A stretch of DNA of 44,301 bases from a virus (Duplodnaviria > Caudoviricetes): the IMG/VR virus record IMGVR_UViG_3300031965_000060, positions 1 through 44,301 of that record; one strand, written 5' to 3'. The notes below the pieces were generated by a model, which did not search any database, had not been told where the DNA came from, and worked only from the letters and a program-made list of their open reading frames with translations. Position 1 is the stretch's first letter. Every line of letters starts with the position of its first letter. Made by a program: the position numbers and the translations under genes. Shown here one piece after another: positions 8,229 to 16,697 of the stretch.

Positions 8229-8373
8229 CGAGAAGCTCCTCGCGCATAATCTTGACGTCCGGCGGCGCGCAAAAACCGAGACGCACCCGCCGCCCCTCCA
8301 CCCGTTCGATCGATACCCAGATATCGCGGCCGATCCGGACGCGCTCCCGGAGATCACGCTCTAACACCAACAT
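8191..8373 (-). CDS. csrA: Carbon storage regulator CsrA/RsmA homologue
   Basis: MLVLER..ERVRIGRDIWVSI...GRRVRLGFCAPPDVKIMREEL aligns end to end with CsrA, keeping the R6 and R44 equivalents. Confidence 0.92.
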   Translation of the reverse strand: MLVLERDLRERVRIGRDIWVSIERVEGRRVRLGFCAPPDVKIMREELLDDDENESREDAA

Positions 8374-8390
8374 GATTCACTCCATTTCGT

Positions 8391-9446
8391 TCAACCGACA
8401 ATCCGAAATTTCAACGTATGTTGAATCTCAACATCCAAATCCGGCAGCCACAGATCGACATCCGGGATCAATTCGAGAGCTTGCTCCACCGTGACGTAAT
8501 GCCGCGTCACGGCAAGTTTCGTCACGTGTCCCAGGTACAGCGCCGCGCGATCCGGCCCTTCCGCCCGCTCGCAAAAATACCCCGTCGTGCGGCGAATTTT
8601 GTAGAGCAAATCGCGGCGTCCTTGCGGCAGCCCCGCGCGCCGCAACAATCGCTTCAAATGATCGCGCAGCGTCGCGATCGAATGCGTCCAATCTCCGAAA
8701 AGAAGTGCCCCGCGCAGCGGGCTCGCGGCATCCTCCGGATCGGACAACGCCAGTTCGCGAATCGCCCACATCGCCTGTTTTTTGATCCAGACCAGGTGTC
8801 CCACGTCGTTTTTTTGCACTTCCGGCGGCACGCGCACGCGCCGCGTCGCGAAGTCGATCGTTGAACTCGGCAGCCGCATCGCCGCGCTCGGACGCAGCGC
8901 CGTCGAGTACAAGAACATGAGAAGTCCGCACCAGAAAACACGCGCGGACGTCTCGCCGATCGTTCCCGATTCGGTTTGCGCCGCGCGAACCAGTCGGCTC
9001 AACGTGTCGACGTCGTGCCGACTCGACAAAGGCCGCGGCTGCCGGTATTCGTTGATCTTTCGGCAGGGGTGAACGTCCTCGATTCCGTCGTCGATCGCGC
9101 GTCGCCAGATCGGCCGGACGTTGCGCAATAAATTGTTCGCCGTTCGGTTCCCGTTCTTTTCCGATGCGATCGACCAATCCATCGCATCGGAGAGCAACTC
9201 GCGCGAAAGATCGCCCAGGCAAAGTCCGGCGGGCGGCTGTCCTTCGGCGGCGCGCCGAAGCCGTTGAAACCTCGAAAGTTTCCGGACCGCCAGACGGTAT
9301 TGTTCCGCGCACCGCGCACCGACGCGCCGATTGAACCGCAGATACACTTGCTCGAGATAATCGGCGACTTGCGTTCTCGCAGTGACCGGCGTTCCGTCCA
9401 GGAGCGTCGGACCTACCGTAGATAAAAACTCTCCGCGTGTGGACAT
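8391..9446 (-). CDS. int: Tyrosine recombinase/integrase
   Basis: YSTALRPS (R), QKND (K), LYKIRRT (HxxR box with Y in place of H), YLGH, RHY (Y); AGGAGG SD before ATG 9446. Confidence 0.9.
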   Translation of the reverse strand: MSTRGEFLSTVGPTLLDGTPVTARTQVADYLEQVYLRFNRRVGARCAEQYRLAVRKLSRFQRLRRAAEGQPPAGLCLGDLSRELLSDAMDWSIASEKNGNRTANNLLRNVRPIWRRAIDDGIEDVHPCRKINEYRQPRPLSSRHDVDTLSRLVRAAQTESGTIGETSARVFWCGLLMFLYSTALRPSAAMRLPSSTIDFATRRVRVPPEVQKNDVGHLVWIKKQAMWAIRELALSDPEDAASPLRGALLFGDWTHSIATLRDHLKRLLRRAGLPQGRRDLLYKIRRTTGYFCERAEGPDRAALYLGHVTKLAVTRHYVTVEQALELIPDVDLWLPDLDVEIQHTLKFRIVG

Positions 9447-9825
9447 CACGGCACCTCCTGCGCCGCTTGCGAAGTCTCCGGGCGTCCGTCGCGCGCACGC
9501 GGCGAGTGTGGCCGTCCGTGGGAGTCGCTCTCCGTAGCCGACGCATGAAAATCTCCGATCTGCGCAGACGACGATCGCAGGAGATCGCCGAGCGCGACGG
9601 AGGCCTAACCCCACGCGCCGGCGATCCCCTGGCGGATCGTCGAACAACCGGTCACGAGCGCCGCGCGCCACCGGATGGGTGGTACAGCGGCTCGTATCTC
9701 TCTAGGAGACCGTTCGCGACCCCCGGACCGGCTTCGGCCGAGATGGCGCCGATTCGGCGCCGTGTGCGAGTGGTCACCCATCTTTCATTGCGGCCGTAAG
9801 GCCGCCCAATCATGTAGCGTCGGTG

Positions 9826-9854
9826 AGTTTTGCGGTTCGGCGCCGGACTGTCAA
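9826..9854 (-). promoter_or_regulatory. Sigma70-type promoter for the int-csrA-rep operon
   Basis: Minus strand TTGACA-17 nt-AAAACT, preceded by A-tracts (UP-element-like). Confidence 0.6.
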
Positions 9855-10045
9855 CCCCGCTTCGCCGATTTTTTTGGATTTTTTTTGGCGGGCCGGCGAA
9901 CCTGTCTGTGTGCCACGCACAGGCAGGTGCCCAAAACGCGCCGTTTGGGCGGTTTTTCCCAATCATCCCGGGTGCGCGGAAGAGACCGCCACGCGAATGG
10001 GGTGATTACCCCATAAAGAAGAAGATGGCGGCGCGCCGATACAAA

Positions 10046-10900
10046 TCAAGGGTCGTAGTTCGGCCCAAAAATTGTCAACTCGCCGCGGCCGATCGCCCGA
10101 ACTGCGTACGCGGAACGGATACGTACCTCAAACCCTCGCACGATCAGCATCCGGCTCAACGTGATTCGATGACGTTGGCGTATGGTAGTGACGCGAAAAT
10201 TCGAGTCCGAAAACGGATCGTCGGGAAGCCCGGCGACGAGCCACCCCTGAATGTCGCGTTCGTCCCAGGTTGGATCGACGAGCCGAATCAACTCAATAAA
10301 GTACCGCAATTCCTCCCGTAGTTGCCATTGCGGCATCCGATAATTATGCACGCCAGGATAATTCCACACGGAAATCTTCACGTAATGCACGGCCTCGTCC
10401 AGAGTCGCCCATTCGACGGACCCTCGTCCCACGCGTTTGTTCCCGAGCGGTTCGCCCCACTGCACTTGCTGCCAAAGAAAACGCCCGACCTGTTTCGTTC
10501 CCACTTCCCACTTCGTGCGTTCCGCGACAAGCGCGGCCGCAAAGAATTCCAATTCTCGGGACTCGACAAGCCCCACATCAGGCGCGGCGGCGGGTTTCTT
10601 CGCGGCGATCGGCTGATCGTCCGAACGCGCCTCGAGCCATCCCGGCAGAACCAAGACGCTCGCGATCGTCAAGACGCCGATCACGGGCGTCAGGAAGATC
10701 GCCGCCGCGGCCCACGCAATGGGCACCTTCCTGGCCTTTGGCGCTTCGGGAGCCTCCTCAACGACTTCGGCCAGCGGCGGCCGAATGAGGTTCGTCGCCC
10801 CGCATTTCGCGCATCGCCCCGATCTACCGACCGCTTCGATCGGCGCGCGCAATGTTCGCCCGCACAGATAGCACTCGACCGCAATCGTTCGCCCGCCCAT
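10046..10900 (-). CDS. Zinc-ribbon/TM/extracytoplasmic-domain membrane protein (moron, possible superinfection exclusion)
   Basis: CYLC..CAKC, TM IAWAAAAIFLTPVIGVLTIASVLVL; GGAGG SD and own extended -10 (TGATATCCT). Confidence 0.8.
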   Translation of the reverse strand: MGGRTIAVECYLCGRTLRAPIEAVGRSGRCAKCGATNLIRPPLAEVVEEAPEAPKARKVPIAWAAAAIFLTPVIGVLTIASVLVLPGWLEARSDDQPIAAKKPAAAPDVGLVESRELEFFAAALVAERTKWEVGTKQVGRFLWQQVQWGEPLGNKRVGRGSVEWATLDEAVHYVKISVWNYPGVHNYRMPQWQLREELRYFIELIRLVDPTWDERDIQGWLVAGLPDDPFSDSNFRVTTIRQRHRITLSRMLIVRGFEVRIRSAYAVRAIGRGELTIFGPNYDP

Positions 10901-10936
10901 GATCGATCCTCCCTTCGCCGCGCGTCAGGATATCAC

Positions 10937-10970
10937 AAAAACCCCCGGCAGGCGCTTCGCCTGCCGGGGG
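10937..10970 (-). terminator. Intrinsic terminator
   Basis: Minus strand CCCCCGGCAGGC-GAAGC-GCCTGCCGGGGG followed by TTTTT. Confidence 0.85.
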
Positions 10971-11048
10971 AAATGACCGGGCCGCCGTTGCTACACGATC
11001 GTCTGGAGATAGGTGACTCCAAGAGACTACGGACCGGACCATTTTTCT

Positions 11049-11077
11049 CGCAACTCTGGCTCTCACAACACGTTACG
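11049..11077. promoter_or_regulatory. 29-bp 11-7-11 inverted site (IHF-like or recombinase-core-like) beside attP
   Basis: CGCAACTCTGG-CTCTCAC-AACACGTTACG, same geometry as the sites at 36006 and 36746. Confidence 0.45.
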
Positions 11078-11096
11078 TCAAATTCCCAAAAACTCC

Positions 11097-11125
11097 CGCG
11101 CGCTAGGTGTTATACCTAGCGCGCG
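11097..11125. repeat. Perfect inverted repeat with 12-bp arms
   Basis: CGCGCGCTAGGT-GTTAT-ACCTAGCGCGCG. Confidence 0.85.
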
Positions 11126-11163
11126 CCCTCCCCAACTCCGCCCAAACCACCTAGGCCGCGCAA

Positions 11164-11226
11164 TGCGGGAAAGAGGACTCGAACCTCCACGGGGTGAACC
11201 CCCACTAGGCCCTCAACCTAGCGCGT
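11164..11226 (-). tRNA. 3' fragment of tRNA-Leu(GAG), putative attP core (not a complete tRNA)
   Basis: Minus strand ACGCG-CTAGG-TTGAGGG-CCTAG, long variable arm, GGAGGTTCGAGTCCTC T-arm, TTCCCGCA acceptor 3' strand; 5' acceptor strand and D-loop absent. Confidence 0.88.
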
Positions 11227-11298
11227 GCCCCCGTTTGGGTGGTGTTTGCGGGTTGGGCAAGAGCCGGCGTGACTTCGCTGCGGGGCCGGATGTGACGA

Positions 11299-11742
11299 TC
11301 ATTCGGGCGGGTCGACCGACGTCCAGCGGCCGATCGGGCAGGATTGATCGGCGAGAGAAAGTTTGTGGCGCAGGCCGCGTGCCGTCGAGACGCCGCATCC
11401 GCACGCTGGGTGCCGGCAAATCTGGCCGTCGTAATAGTCGACGCAACTCTCACAGGTCGCCAGACGAGCCGCCTGAACGGCTTCAGTGGCCTTCCGCCGG
11501 CCGGTTCGCTGATGCTGAACCATCGCGGCCGCGAAATTCACGACGCGGCGCCCGATCGTCGGGACGGCGACGATCAGATTCTCGGGGACGTCCCGCGGCG
11601 TGCAAGGCTCCGCGTGCCAGCGGCACCGTTCGCATTGCACGCTTCGCACGAAATCGCGCGGCGCGTGGACTCGGGCGTGCGCGCAAAAGTGCCAAGCCGG
11701 GTTCGTCGTCGGGTAGCGATGCTCGCAATCTGGCAGCGTCAT
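11299..11742 (-). CDS. Cys-rich protein (DUF6171-like C-terminus)
   Basis: RLATCESC...CRHPACGC...SCPIGRW, plus N-terminal Cys cluster. Confidence 0.75.
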   Translation of the reverse strand: MTLPDCEHRYPTTNPAWHFCAHARVHAPRDFVRSVQCERCRWHAEPCTPRDVPENLIVAVPTIGRRVVNFAAAMVQHQRTGRRKATEAVQAARLATCESCVDYYDGQICRHPACGCGVSTARGLRHKLSLADQSCPIGRWTSVDPPE

Positions 11743-12869
11743 GGCAGCGGCGTAATGACGATGGAAAGCGGGTCAGGCAGGACGCAGGGGCCAAAATCAA
11801 TCTCGACGTGGGCATCATCGGTATTCGTGAGCTCGACGGCGTCATCGTGACATCCAAGCGAAGTCCCGTCGAAATCGGCATCCACGTCGGGGCTGCCGAT
11901 GAGCGTTCGAACGATCACCGCTGCCGAGCCGCCGAACCACAGGTTCACCGCCACTTGAACGCATCGAGGCAACGGGGCCTCGAAAAAAACGGCAGTTTCT
12001 CCATGCCCGTGGACGATAACATAAATCTCCGTCAGATCGCAGGTGCCACCCGAGTCTTCCCATTTGTAACACGCGCACAAATCGGCATCATGGCCAAAAG
12101 AGCCACACCCCAGCGAGTCTGGTTGGAGGTCGAGTGTGTAACTGCCCGCCACCCCTGCGCACGCTCCCGCGCCGCATTCAGGCGGATCGTCATCGTCCAT
12201 CGCGGGCAGGTCGACCATGATCTGCGAAGGCAACGGCGCGACGTTGGGCCAAAAGCAATCGGCGCACCGCGGACACTCTTCGCCCGGATCTTGAATGTTA
12301 AACTCCATTGAAATATCGTCGAACGTCGCCGTGCCATTGAGCGTGCCTGTAGCGATTCCAAAGTCGTTCCCAGTTTGAAGATGACCATGCGTTGCGACAA
12401 TCGCGCCGGCAAACATCGCCACAGCCATACGGGTACTGGTCTGTTGTTGTGTGCAAATGGCGACGGAGTAGGCCGTGCCTGGTTCTGCCGTGACGGCGCA
12501 CTCCCGATGTGTGAGGTCCGACCCGGCGTTCCGTTCGACGATGCGAACCACCCCGTTGCCCGCGCCGCTTTGAAATTCCACCTCGAGGTAGACCAAGTTA
12601 TCCGCGTCGGTTCTCCGAGCCTGCAACCGGAGTTGATCGCCGGCCGCCGTTCCCTTGAGCGTCGCGAATACCGTGATGTTCGTTTCGGTCGTGACGATGC
12701 GGATGTGCTTGTCGCTGGCCGTCGATTCGATGACGCCGCCGCTTGGGGCGAAATCACCCGTATCGCCGATCCATGCCGGATCGAGCGTTTCCCCGCTTCC
12801 GTCGTCTTCGAAGATCGGAACGCACCCGCAACACGGGCAACCAGGATTGTTACGCTTAAACGGCGGCAT
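11739..12869 (-). CDS. Cys-rich tail fibre/receptor-binding protein
   Basis: End of tail module; NPGCPCCGC N-terminus, beta-rich lectin-like middle, Cys-rich C-terminal domain. Confidence 0.7.
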   Translation of the reverse strand: MPPFKRNNPGCPCCGCVPIFEDDGSGETLDPAWIGDTGDFAPSGGVIESTASDKHIRIVTTETNITVFATLKGTAAGDQLRLQARRTDADNLVYLEVEFQSGAGNGVVRIVERNAGSDLTHRECAVTAEPGTAYSVAICTQQQTSTRMAVAMFAGAIVATHGHLQTGNDFGIATGTLNGTATFDDISMEFNIQDPGEECPRCADCFWPNVAPLPSQIMVDLPAMDDDDPPECGAGACAGVAGSYTLDLQPDSLGCGSFGHDADLCACYKWEDSGGTCDLTEIYVIVHGHGETAVFFEAPLPRCVQVAVNLWFGGSAAVIVRTLIGSPDVDADFDGTSLGCHDDAVELTNTDDAHVEIDFGPCVLPDPLSIVITPLP

Positions 12870-12872
12870 GAT

Positions 12873-13535
12873 TCACTCGGTACATTCGACCCAGACGGCG
12901 ACCAGCAATCCGCTATACGCTTCCTGATTCAATCCGATCCGCAAGCCGGACACGATCGACGTCGATCCCGGATTCAAAAAGTTCGTGCCGGACCCCTGGC
13001 CGACGATCAGGTTGCGCTCGTACGTTTCTCCCACGGTATCGTAAGCAATCGTCTCGAGCGTACACGTGCCGACGCCGTAGGTTGTGCCGGAAAATGCGGG
13101 GGCCGTGGACGTGACGATCGCGATGTAAAGTGGATGCGGGCGCCACCACGTCAGCCATTTCCCCGTGCGCCGGTCGGAAAAGATCGGCACGTGTTGTTGG
13201 TGCCCGGACCAGAGCGGCCCTGCGGGCATCATCCCCGGTATCGGTCCGGCGAGATTGTAGACGTGCGCTTTGGACCCGCGAGGTTCCAGGTCCGGCTCCT
13301 CTTCGCCGGCCACCTCTTCGTAATCGACATCCAAAAATTCCATCCCGTAGACATTTGCTTCAAACTCGGACGGGAACGACTCTTCGTCGATTTCCGCGGG
13401 CTGCGCGACGCGGATCGGATCGGCGACGCCGGGCGCCGCGAGACGCTCCGGCAGCCGGGCAAGCTGCGCCTCGAGCCGGCGCACCTGATCCTCCAAGGTA
13501 TGGATGCGCGACAGAACATAACCGTTCGGGTTCAT
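12873..13535 (-). CDS. Tail tip protein
   Basis: N-terminal coiled coil, position after the hub gene, C-terminal VWVEC. Confidence 0.65.
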   Translation of the reverse strand: MNPNGYVLSRIHTLEDQVRRLEAQLARLPERLAAPGVADPIRVAQPAEIDEESFPSEFEANVYGMEFLDVDYEEVAGEEEPDLEPRGSKAHVYNLAGPIPGMMPAGPLWSGHQQHVPIFSDRRTGKWLTWWRPHPLYIAIVTSTAPAFSGTTYGVGTCTLETIAYDTVGETYERNLIVGQGSGTNFLNPGSTSIVSGLRIGLNQEAYSGLLVAVWVECTE

Positions 13536-13539
13536 CGCG

Positions 13540-15783
13540 TCAGATCATCTTCGAATCGAGGTTGGCGAATTGGCAATCGATACTCGTGACCGCGTTTTCG
13601 CGATCGTATCGGACCGACGTAATGAGCGCGTTGATTGTGATCGTCCCGCGGTTTAGTTCTGCGATGAGGTGACCGCGGAAAAACTCGGCGTGAAACCCCT
13701 TCACCGCGGCCGCGAGAGATTGCCGCTGCCGCTTGAACCAATCGACCGCAATTTTCGCCGTCGTCTTCATCCGCTGCCGATCGTCGCGCACAAACCCGCC
13801 GTCCGACAAAACCAGCTCGTTGTTTTCCAAACCGACGATCGTCCCCGGCGCAACGTAATCGACCCGTGCGTCGGGCATCTGGATGATGAGCGGCGCCGTC
13901 GATCGGACGTCGCCGGGCAAATTCGCGACGAGCAGGTCGAGGTTCGTGGCCGTCTCTTCAATGACGACGTGGAAATCCGACAGCGCATAGACCGTGGCGA
14001 TCAGGTCTTTATACCAGTCGTACTCCGGCCGCGTCGACTTATCCCACGTGTCGATTTCGGTAAACTCTTCCGTCGCAAAAAGATGCGGAAACGCGCCGTG
14101 AAATTTCAGTTCGAATCCCGCGACGTCGTCGCGCATCTGACTCGAGGCGGACCATTCGCGTCCGCTGCCCGCCCCCTTCTTTTCGATCATCACACTCGCG
14201 GCCGCATCTTCGATGTGCTGCCAGCGATTCAAACCGGTCGGCGATTCGTCGCCGTCGTCATAGCGAAACAGAACGAACGGTTTGAGGAACGTCGGCGCGG
14301 AATCGTCCGGGCCGTTGAAGAGCGGGCCGCCGGGCGTGTCGAGCGCACTGCCCGAATAATCGTGGTCCGACAACAGCGGCAGTTGTTTTTCGAGCCGCAA
14401 GCCGGGCAACCAGAATCCTTGCTGTTGATTCAAATCGACCGCGCCGTCGGTTCCGATGCGCGGGACCGTCGGATTCGGCGCGCCATGCGGATCCGCTTCC
14501 GGCGGCGGTCGGTACTGCGCAACTTTGCCGTCCCACTCCATCGGGATTCGGAAATTCCGATAGACCCGGCGGAGCAATTCGCTTTTGCGAAAATTGTCCG
14601 TGTCTTCCTGTTTTTCGGCGATCGTCTCGGCCGTTGTCTTTCCTGCGTTGTACGCGGTTTGCTCGGCGTCGGTCCAATCGCCGTCAAAATTTTCGAGTTG
14701 GCGATGCATCGAAAAGACCGCGCCTTGCCGCGCGCCGATGACTTGCACGCGAAAATACTTCTGAGAAAAATCATTGCCAACCACCGATTGCAAGATCGCC
14801 GGGTTGCCGTCCATATCCCACGTGCGCAGATTGTCGTTTGCCGGCCATTGCCCGCCCTCGGCCAACGGCACCGCGGCTTCGGCGAATGTCGTGACGTCAA
14901 TCACGATCTGCTGACCAGACACCGAAAGAAACCACGTAGCGAGCCGTCGCGGATTCACCAGCCGACTCACGATCTCAAACAGCGTGAGACCATGCGGCGC
15001 AAGGATCGGCGCCGGTCGCACGTCGAGCGCCGTCATGGTCGGCGACAACGCGAGTTTCGCATACTCGGCGGTCCCAATCGCCGGGTTTCCGAACAACGGA
15101 ACGTGCGCAAACAGATAGCGCAGCACTTCGGAAATGCGCCACGGCTGGACGTACTCCGGGCGCGTCGATCGTGGAAATACAAAGAATTCACCCTCGACAT
15201 CCGCGACAAGCGGATCCGATCCGAGTCGGTATCGATTCGGCGCGAACCGCGCGTGCGAACCGCGCTCGTCGGCGCTGTTGAACGGGAGCGCCCGGCCGAT
15301 CGTCCGAAACTTTTGCGGCGCGTCGCCGTCCGCCACAAGCGACGTCGTGACGCGCTGCCGGGTCAGAAACCATTCGAGCCCGAAACACTCGAATGTCTGA
15401 CTGCCGTGCGGAATCGAAGCCGCTGCCCCCGCGGGCGTGAGCGATCCGAGAACATTCCGCGGCGACTCGCGCACGACGACACCGTGCCAAACAATCGACC
15501 GGTCCGCGCCGGTCCCGTCGACAGTTTCCTGCGTGATGCGCACGAAGTAGTTCAATAAATCGAGCGGCGCCGTTTCGGTGAACGCCGCGTCGCCGGGTCG
15601 ATGCAACCGTCCGAATTCGTGTGAGAGAACGGCGGTCGAGATTTCCGGCGCGCACTTGAACGACATCGTTTCGTAGTACAGAAACGGCACTTCGTCCCAT
15701 GCGTCGTTCCAGGAAGCGCGCACTTCGACCTTGTGCGCTCCGTGCGCTTGAATCGCGGACGTGTTGAGCGTGATCGGTTCCAA
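13540..15783 (-). CDS. Baseplate hub/Tal-like tail tip protein
   Basis: 747 aa after TMP and two small tail genes; C-terminal FFRGHLI...LITSVRYD...TSI pattern typical of hub proteins. Confidence 0.7.
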   Translation of the reverse strand: MEPITLNTSAIQAHGAHKVEVRASWNDAWDEVPFLYYETMSFKCAPEISTAVLSHEFGRLHRPGDAAFTETAPLDLLNYFVRITQETVDGTGADRSIVWHGVVVRESPRNVLGSLTPAGAAASIPHGSQTFECFGLEWFLTRQRVTTSLVADGDAPQKFRTIGRALPFNSADERGSHARFAPNRYRLGSDPLVADVEGEFFVFPRSTRPEYVQPWRISEVLRYLFAHVPLFGNPAIGTAEYAKLALSPTMTALDVRPAPILAPHGLTLFEIVSRLVNPRRLATWFLSVSGQQIVIDVTTFAEAAVPLAEGGQWPANDNLRTWDMDGNPAILQSVVGNDFSQKYFRVQVIGARQGAVFSMHRQLENFDGDWTDAEQTAYNAGKTTAETIAEKQEDTDNFRKSELLRRVYRNFRIPMEWDGKVAQYRPPPEADPHGAPNPTVPRIGTDGAVDLNQQQGFWLPGLRLEKQLPLLSDHDYSGSALDTPGGPLFNGPDDSAPTFLKPFVLFRYDDGDESPTGLNRWQHIEDAAASVMIEKKGAGSGREWSASSQMRDDVAGFELKFHGAFPHLFATEEFTEIDTWDKSTRPEYDWYKDLIATVYALSDFHVVIEETATNLDLLVANLPGDVRSTAPLIIQMPDARVDYVAPGTIVGLENNELVLSDGGFVRDDRQRMKTTAKIAVDWFKRQRQSLAAAVKGFHAEFFRGHLIAELNRGTITINALITSVRYDRENAVTSIDCQFANLDSKMI

Positions 15784-15786
15784 CGT

Positions 15787-16278
15787 CTATCCGATGCCGA
15801 GTTGCACGTTGAGCGTTTCGGTGCCGGTTCCGCTGATGTCGATCTCCGCGTCCGTCGACCCGATTTCGTCCAGCGTGTCCTTGCGCACGATCAGGACGTA
15901 ATCGCCGCCGTTCAGCGTGAGCTTTCCGTCCGCGACGCCGAGGATGTTGTACCCGTTCGACGCGCCGGCCACGATCGTGATTGCGGCGTTGCCGTCGGGG
16001 TTGGCCAAGAGCGTCACGTTGACCTTTTTGCCGGTCATATCGACCGCCGATTCATTCAGCACGTCAAGCGCCGTCAGATCGATCGTTGCGGCGCCCGCGG
16101 CAAGTGCCAGCGCCGCGGCGTAGACTTCAGAAACCGGCGGATTCGTGGCCGGCCCGAGATTTTGAGACTTGGAAAACACGTTGTGGTTGACGTCCGGCGA
16201 ACTCGAACTGGGCACGCCGTCGATTTGTTCGGTCGCGTTGAATAGCGCCGCGACCTGCGCACTGGTCACACTCATCAT
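15787..16278 (-). CDS. Minor tail/virion structural protein
   Basis: Beta-rich 163 aa ORF, coupled to neighbours. Confidence 0.7.
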   Translation of the reverse strand: MMSVTSAQVAALFNATEQIDGVPSSSSPDVNHNVFSKSQNLGPATNPPVSEVYAAALALAAGAATIDLTALDVLNESAVDMTGKKVNVTLLANPDGNAAITIVAGASNGYNILGVADGKLTLNGGDYVLIVRKDTLDEIGSTDAEIDISGTGTETLNVQLGIG

Positions 16279-16697
16279 GACACCTCAACTGGGATAGGGA
16301 TAAGAACCCATTGCGAAATTAGAAACGCTTGCGCCCCGGCGACCAGGCCGCCGGAACTGGTCAGGATTCGGAAACTGCGGACCTTGCGTACGTCCAGAAC
16401 GGAGAACTTGACTTGAGCGACGGCCGTAAACGGAATGTCGTTCCAAATCACTTCGACCGGATCGGTCCCGATCATTTCGCGAAATTCTTGCATTTTGAGT
16501 TCCGCGGTGATCCGATCTTGCACGTCGACTTCGGCGACAACCCGAACCGGTCGGCCCCGTTCGCCGGTGTCCCACAGTGCGACGCCGTCGACACCCGATC
16601 GTCGCAGAATCTCCACCTGTCGGACCGCACCTTCCAACGGCCCGGCGATTCGGATAAACGCGTGCGGCCCAATTTTGTTCTGAGGTGCGGCCATCAT
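16275..16697 (-). CDS. Distal tail (Dit-like) protein
   Basis: Immediately after TMP; RRSGVDGVALWDTGERGRP motif. Confidence 0.6.
   Translation of the reverse strand: MMAAPQNKIGPHAFIRIAGPLEGAVRQVEILRRSGVDGVALWDTGERGRPVRVVAEVDVQDRITAELKMQEFREMIGTDPVEVIWNDIPFTAVAQVKFSVLDVRKVRSFRILTSSGGLVAGAQAFLISQWVLIPIPVEVS

Noticed and set aside
8428-9546. Alternative-frame minus ORFs overlapping real genes (also 31400-33061, 41955-42593, 37395-38015)
   Set aside because: Off-frame Arg-rich translations with no motifs; the overlapping frames carry the recognisable domains
9652-9813. 53-aa ORF in the integrase leader
   Set aside because: No SD or recognisable motif; a leaderless uORF cannot be excluded but is not supportable from the sequence alone
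11164-11250. Complete phage-encoded tRNA-Leu
   Set aside because: No 5' acceptor strand complementary to TTCCCGC and no D-loop
13669-15558. 629-aa plus-strand ORF (and similar long plus-strand ORFs such as 775-1740, 11013-12311, 12375-13589, 22228-23265)
   Set aside because: Antisense shadows of real minus-strand genes in GC-rich DNA; Arg-rich and motif-free
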